Shown here: positions 50,824 through 54,391 of the stretch, piece after piece | How positions within the stretch are numbered: position 1 is the first letter of the stretch | How the letters are laid out: each line of letters opens with the position of its first letter | Sequence record: SRR2962707_5052 | Direction: 5' to 3' (one strand) | DNA length: 54,391 nt | The notes under the pieces: model-generated | The model's input: only the letters and a program-made list of their open reading frames with translations | Database searches by the model: none | What the model was told of the DNA's origin: nothing | Program-made: the position numbers and the translations under genes

Positions 50824-51648
50824 ATGAAAACTTATGTTCTTTTTATATTGATAGCTTTTAGTACGTTTTCTGGTATTGCACAGAGAGGAGTAAGAATTGG
50901 CTATGTTGATATGGATTACATTTTACAAAATGTAGAAGAATATCAAATGGCAAATAAACAATTGGCTTCTAAAGTGCAAAAATGGAAAGGTGAAGCGGAA
51001 GATCAAGAACAGACTATTCAAAAGATGTGGGCTGATCTAAATGCTGAGAAAATTCTTCTAACAAAAGAACTTATTCAAGAGCGTGAAGAGGAAATCAACG
51101 CTTTGGAAAGACAGATGAAAGATTACCAGCAAGATAGATTTGGGCCTCAAGGCGATCTAGTTAGACAACGAAGTCAGTTAGTGAAACCTATTCAAGATCA
51201 GGTTTTTAATGCTGTTCAAGAAATTGCTGCTAATAAAAAATACGATTTTGTTTTTGATAAATCAGCAGATGTTGTTATGTTGTACTCCGATAAGCGCCAC
51301 GACATAAGTGAGCAGATTTTAAGAAGCATTAATGTAACCCGAAAGCAAGAAGATAGGAAAGCGCCTAATAGTGCCTTGGATGAATTTCAGGAAGAAGAGA
51401 AAGATCCAGAGCTAAAAGCTAGAGAAGAAGCTTACGAGGAGAAAAAGGAAACAATGGCGAATGATGTAGAAGCGAGAAGAGAAGCTAAGTTGAAAGAAAT
51501 TGAAGCAAGAAAAAAAGCATACGAAGAGCGGAGACAAAAAATGTTAGAAGAAAGGGAGGCCAGAAGAAAAGCTAAACTTGAAGAAAGAGAAAGATTAAAA
51601 GAAGAAAATAAAAGTTCAAACACGACGGAAAACGAAGAGGGAGAATAA
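50824..51648 (+). CDS. OmpH/Skp chaperone with charged C-terminal extension
   Basis: RIGYVDMDYIL, LVKPIQDQVFNAV, YDFVFDKS. Confidence 0.9.
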   Translation: MKTYVLFILIAFSTFSGIAQRGVRIGYVDMDYILQNVEEYQMANKQLASKVQKWKGEAEDQEQTIQKMWADLNAEKILLTKELIQEREEEINALERQMKDYQQDRFGPQGDLVRQRSQLVKPIQDQVFNAVQEIAANKKYDFVFDKSADVVMLYSDKRHDISEQILRSINVTRKQEDRKAPNSALDEFQEEEKDPELKAREEAYEEKKETMANDVEARREAKLKEIEARKKAYEERRQKMLEEREARRKAKLEERERLKEENKSSNTTENEEGE

Positions 51649-51791
51649 ATATGGAGCCTAAAATAATATCAATTAAAGATAAAAAAAAGGCTGCAACATA
51701 AAGGATTCAACACAGTAGTTGAAAAATTTAAACCTCACTTTTAGTGAGTAATTAATTAACAAGTAAATATTTTTAGAAATTTTAGAAAACC

Positions 51792-52301
51792 ATGAAACAC
51801 TTTAAAACATTAGTAATTGCAGTTGTATTAGCAGTAGGATCGATAAGTTTTGCATCTGCTCAGAGTAAAGTAGCTCACATTGATGTTCAGCAATTAATGA
51901 AAGACATGCCAGCAATGAAAACTGCACAGGCTGAATTGCAAAAATTAAGCGAGAATTATCAAAACGATATTAAAACAAGTTACCAAGAACTTCAAACTAA
52001 AATGTCGCTTTACCAAAATGAGGCTGCTACAAAATCTCAAGATGAAAATCAAAAGAGAGCTGCAGAAGTAGACGGAATGCAAAAAACAATCATGCAAGCG
52101 CAGCAACAAGCACAAAAAGAACTTCAAGAAAAAGAACTTGAATTGCTTCAGCCTATTATGCAGAAAGCAAATGATGCTATTCAGAAAGTAGGGAAAGAAA
52201 AAGGTTTCCAGTATGTATTAGATGCTTCTCCAGGATCTGGAGTTATTTTAGCAGAAGGTACTGATATCATGGCAGACGTAAAAAAAGAATTAGGTTTCTA
52301 A
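51792..52301 (+). CDS. OmpH/Skp chaperone
   Basis: KVAHID, LLQPIMQKA, YVLD, DIMADVKKELG. Confidence 0.92.
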   Translation: MKHFKTLVIAVVLAVGSISFASAQSKVAHIDVQQLMKDMPAMKTAQAELQKLSENYQNDIKTSYQELQTKMSLYQNEAATKSQDENQKRAAEVDGMQKTIMQAQQQAQKELQEKELELLQPIMQKANDAIQKVGKEKGFQYVLDASPGSGVILAEGTDIMADVKKELGF

Positions 52302-52332
52302 GAAACAAATTAATTTTTTATTAAAATATTCG

Positions 52333-52364
52333 AAACTGTCTACAGAAATGTAGGCAGTTTTTTT
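52333..52364 (+). terminator. Terminator after skp
   Basis: AAACTGTCTACA-GAAA-TGTAGGCAGTTTTTTT. Confidence 0.8.
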
Positions 52365-52376
52365 ATTTTTACTATT

Positions 52377-53165
52377 ATGAACACACAACCTATAGGTATT
52401 TTTGATTCTGGTGTTGGAGGAACTTCCATTTGGAAAGAGATCTATCAATTACTGCCTTCAGAGTCTACTATTTATTTGGCAGATAGTAAATATGCGCCCT
52501 ATGGAGAGAAAACACAAAAAGAAATACTCCAATTAAGTATTAAAAATACAGAGTACCTCTTGTCTAGAGGATGTAAAATTATTGTAGTGGCGTGTAATAC
52601 TGCAACAACAAACGCTATAGATTATTTAAGAGAAAATTATAAAGTTCCTTTTATTGGAATTGAGCCAGCTATTAAACCAGCAGTTTTGAATTCTCAAACA
52701 GGGGTAGTTGGAGTGTTAGCAACTAGAGGAACCTTGGCAAGTAGTTTATTTACAAAAACAACTGCTTTGTATGCTAAAAACAGAAAGGTTATTGAGCAAT
52801 TTGGAGACGGATTAGTTCCTTTAATAGAAGCTGGTCAAATTGAAAGTAAAGAAATTGAGGCTTTGTTGCAAAAATACCTCACGCCAATGGTGAAAGAAAA
52901 TATTGATTATTTAGTACTTGGCTGTACACATTACCCATATCTTATCCCGCAGTTAAAAAAAATACTGCCAAATACAGTAACTATTATAGATTCTGGTAGT
53001 GCTGTTGCAAAACAAACGGAAAAGGTACTACAGGAGAATCTACTTCTAAATAATAGTAATAACAAGGCAGTCATTGAATTTTACACCAATAAAGAAGTCG
53101 AAGTTTTAAAGTCTTTATTAGGAGAATATGCTGTAGAAAGTAAAGTCTCTTATTTGGAATTTTAA
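52377..53165 (+). CDS. murI: Glutamate racemase
   Basis: IGIFDSGVGG, PYG, VACNTA, VLGCTHYP, IIDSG. Confidence 0.97.
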   Translation: MNTQPIGIFDSGVGGTSIWKEIYQLLPSESTIYLADSKYAPYGEKTQKEILQLSIKNTEYLLSRGCKIIVVACNTATTNAIDYLRENYKVPFIGIEPAIKPAVLNSQTGVVGVLATRGTLASSLFTKTTALYAKNRKVIEQFGDGLVPLIEAGQIESKEIEALLQKYLTPMVKENIDYLVLGCTHYPYLIPQLKKILPNTVTIIDSGSAVAKQTEKVLQENLLLNNSNNKAVIEFYTNKEVEVLKSLLGEYAVESKVSYLEF

Positions 53166-53220
53166 TCCCTGTTTATTAGGAAGGGGCATTATGTTTGAAA
53201 CAGTTTTTCAGCAGCCTATT

Positions 53221-53258
53221 AAAAAAGGGTCAGAATCTAAATTTAGAATCCAACCCTT
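53221..53258 (-). terminator. Terminator after folA
   Basis: Minus strand AAGGGTTGGATTCTA-AATT-TAGATTCTGACCCTTTTTT. Confidence 0.65.
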
Positions 53259-53308
53259 AATATTATTTATCCATTTTCTTTGGGTAGTGTTTGTAAAATT
53301 AATCTGAA

Positions 53309-53797
53309 TTATTCCTTTCTAATATAAGTCAAATAAGTAAAGCTATAATTGTGTTTTTCATCTTTCTCATGGTGTTCTTCAGATACTAATTCCCAATCCT
53401 TAGTATTAATTTCTGGAAAATAAGCATCCGCTTCAAAAGTTCCATGTACGCGTGTCAGTTCAATTTTATCAGAAAATGGGAGAGCAAGTTTATATATTTC
53501 GCCACCACCAATAATAAAAGGTTGCTCATCATCTGTAGCTTCCTTAATAGCGGCCTCTACATTATTGACAACAATACAACCATCTGCGGGCTTGTAATCT
53601 TTCTGTCTAGTAATTATTATATGTTTTCTGTCGGGCAGCGGACTAGGGAAACTCTCATATGTTTTGCGACCCATAATTATAGCATGTCCTGTTGTTAACT
53701 TTTTAAATCTTTTAAAGTCGTCTGGCAAATGCCAAACCAAATCATTGTCTTTTCCAAGAGCATTGTTTTCTGCAGCTGCAGCAATCATTGTAATCAT
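53309..53797 (-). CDS. folA: Dihydrofolate reductase
   Basis: LVWHLPDDFKRFK, IIMGRKTYES, PLPDR, IIGGGEIY, ADAYFP. Confidence 0.97.
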   Translation of the reverse strand: MITMIAAAAENNALGKDNDLVWHLPDDFKRFKKLTTGHAIIMGRKTYESFPSPLPDRKHIIITRQKDYKPADGCIVVNNVEAAIKEATDDEQPFIIGGGEIYKLALPFSDKIELTRVHGTFEADAYFPEINTKDWELVSEEHHEKDEKHNYSFTYLTYIRKE

Positions 53798-53800
53798 TAA

Positions 53801-54193
53801 TTATAAAGTATTTTCAGTGTTATTTTCCAATGGAAATTCCTTTTCAACTTTCACTTGCAATTTAGCAATTCTGTCTTTCTGTTTAGTAACTAATTTTTCA
53901 CGCTGATTCCTTTCCCATTCTTTCCCCAAAAATCTATCTGTTACATATACATTAATAATATGCATTAAAAATAAGAATCCCCAAGCAGAAATTCCCCATA
54001 TAAACCAATTGTATGATTCGCCATATTTTAAAAACTTATTCATTACAATCATTATTACACATCCTATCAAAAAGATTACAAAGTGGTAATACAATCTCTT
54101 TTTTTGTCGAATCCTCGCCTGTGCTTTTTCAATTAATTCATGTTGGTCAAGCTCTATTTCGTGTTTCGGTTGTATTTTGTTTTTTGAAAACAT
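53801..54193 (-). CDS. 2TM-domain membrane protein
   Basis: AQARIRQKKRLYYHFVIF, W...WG..L..H, LGKEWE. Confidence 0.8.
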   Translation of the reverse strand: MFSKNKIQPKHEIELDQHELIEKAQARIRQKKRLYYHFVIFLIGCVIMIVMNKFLKYGESYNWFIWGISAWGFLFLMHIINVYVTDRFLGKEWERNQREKLVTKQKDRIAKLQVKVEKEFPLENNTENTL

Positions 54194-54284
54194 AGTTTAT
54201 CTTTTTTATAAATTTACAAAATCTGTATATATATAGAATAAAAGTTAGGCTAATTATTTTTCTATCTACTGCTTTTTTTATCAG

Positions 54285-54376
54285 TCTTTATTCTTGTTTG
54301 AAAGAAGTCCGAAGACCGAAGTCAGGAGTCGGAAGTAAAAGGAGAGGCAAGAATAAAGAGTAAAGAGTATAGATTG
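54285..54376. repeat. Heptamer-periodic repeats inside a 12-bp inverted repeat
   Basis: AAGTCCG AAGACCG AAGTCAG GAGTCGG AAGTAAA (54305-54339); AAGAATA AAGAGTA AAGAGTA (54349-54369); TCTTTATTCTTG (54285-54296)/CAAGAATAAAGA (54348-54359). Confidence 0.65.
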
Positions 54377-54391
54377 TTTCTAACTTTTTTC

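Noticed and set aside
51340-51648. E/K/R-rich repetitive tail of the first Skp as a repeat element
   Set aside because: In-frame charged coiled-coil coding sequence, not a DNA repeat
209-54195. Numerous 60-220 aa ORFs antisense to or overlapping the called genes (e.g. 1061-1720, 2015-2503, 4532-4888, 15544-15870)
   Set aside because: Shadow frames of well-supported genes with no recognisable motifs
1-54391. CRISPR array, tRNA/rRNA, IS transposase
   Set aside because: No regularly spaced repeat-spacer units, no cloverleaf or rRNA-like tract, and no transposase ORF seen by eye

Overview
AT-rich chromosomal segment of a Flavobacteriaceae (Bacteroidota) bacterium, judged from SusC/SusD pairs, fused ccoNO, the porG-uppS-bamA-skp-skp-murI order and TAnnTTTG promoters. 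Left to right: an AsmA-like gene; a small glycan locus (CBM9-like, GHL10-like, SusC/SusD); hemN and a complete cbb3 oxidase cluster with an FNR-like regulator and three identically spaced ATGAY-N4-RTCAT boxes; ankyrin, csp, an SD-less rpsU copy, DUF2797 and a GH3-family gene. Next comes an accessory block (about 25.5-36.3 kb): an integron-like cassette with an attC-like hairpin encoding a heme-less fragment of oxidase subunit I, a decayed MqsR-like/SocA-type toxin-antitoxin pair, and an ECF-sigma/FecR/SusC/SusD locus whose only enzymes are a dipeptide epimerase and an SxxK serine hydrolase (candidate peptidoglycan-peptide utilisation locus). The rest is housekeeping: clpX-clpP-tig, YvlD-like gene, SGNH lipase-FadL, ybfF-like, pdxJ, CBS-nadK-porG-uppS-bamA-skp-skp-murI, folA, 2TM gene. 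I saw no rRNA, tRNA, CRISPR array, transposase or integrase. All family calls come from reading motifs, not database searches.
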